A DNA stretch of 64,000 nt from Perna viridis (taxonomy: Eukaryota): assembly GCA_037379345.1 (NCBI GenBank), contig CM074512.1, forward strand, positions 69,957,597-70,021,596, in the 5' to 3' direction. The first letter of the stretch is position 1. The number at the start of each line of letters is the position of its first letter. The position numbers were made by a program, and so were the translations under genes. The notes beneath the pieces were generated by a model. The model had not been told where the DNA came from, did no database searches, and was given only the letters and a program-made list of their open reading frames with translations. Positions 63,201 to 64,000 of this stretch are shown here, in pieces.

Positions 63201-64000
63201 CTGAACTTTTTTCTATATATACAAAAGGAATTCAAATAAATGTTCCTTTTTCTACATTGCTGTAAGATTTATCATAAAAAGTCATGTCAATAAAGAAGGC
63301 AGTCTCTAAAGATTGCATCAGTGTCACTTTGTTCACAGTAGGATATTAATTGAAAAATTGTAATCCTAATTTTGTGTTTTAGAACTGAAACTTCCAAATA
63401 CAGTATTTTGGTTTCTTTTTCTGAAGTTTACGCAGACTTTTGTAGTTTTACACACTTTTTTTCAGTTTTTAAACTGATAACTCTGAATGCCTAAGACAGT
63501 TGTGAAAAAGCTACTTGATACAAAGTTGGACTTCCCCTGACCATGATTCACATCAACAACTATGTTGTTCCCAAAATATTTATTAAGAAATGAGTGAAGT
63601 CTAAAAGACATGTATTTGAATAACATGTCTGTTTGCAGAAAGCGATATTTGTATTTTTTTCAGCAAGAGACCTTTTTTCAGAACGAACAACTCTACAGGT
63701 ATAGATTTTATAAGTCATGTGAATGGTACATGAACATGTTCTCATTTGATTTTTTGTAGATTCTGTATCACGCCAAATTTATGCTGTATTTTGAAATACA
63801 AACGAATATGATGGAGTTTCCGATCTTTTTGCATAAAATGCAAGACGGCCAATTGTGTAAGGTATTAGATATAGGTCTCATTAACCACTTCCAGGTCAAA
63901 TGGCCACCCCCTATGTAGTACCAAAAACACACTGAACCTAGACATATGCATTGTAAGTGCATTATTTGTCTGTATTATGATTAAAAGTAGTCAAAATAAA

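Noticed and set aside
63881-63918. Motif ggtcaaatggccacccc shared with about 25738-25755
   Set aside because: Too short to assign. Probably a fragment of a dispersed repeat.

Overview
AT-rich eukaryotic (metazoan) genomic DNA. The repeat families look like those of a bivalve mollusc, probably mussel-like (inference). Two multi-exon genes face each other tail to tail. (1) + strand, 4487-30278: a GCKIII-family Ste20 kinase (STK24/25/26 orthologue), 15 coding exons, about 589 aa, with a long linker built from phase-0 mini-exons and a C-terminal CCM3/PDCD10-binding domain. (2) - strand, 59151-37798: an EMSY orthologue, 24 coding exons, about 1182 aa. Traced by hand with matching intron phases, its reading frame runs from the N-terminal ENT domain into a complete C-terminal bromodomain, which vertebrate EMSY lacks. 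Three intronic minisatellites are amplified copies of real or candidate exon-intron junctions and form arrays of decoy splice sites. The rest is a decayed Penelope-like retroelement with dispersed 3' ends, Helentron-type non-autonomous elements, several MITEs with TIRs and TSDs, and minisatellites. No rRNA, tRNA or CRISPR array was recognised. All coordinates were read by hand and may be off by a few bases.
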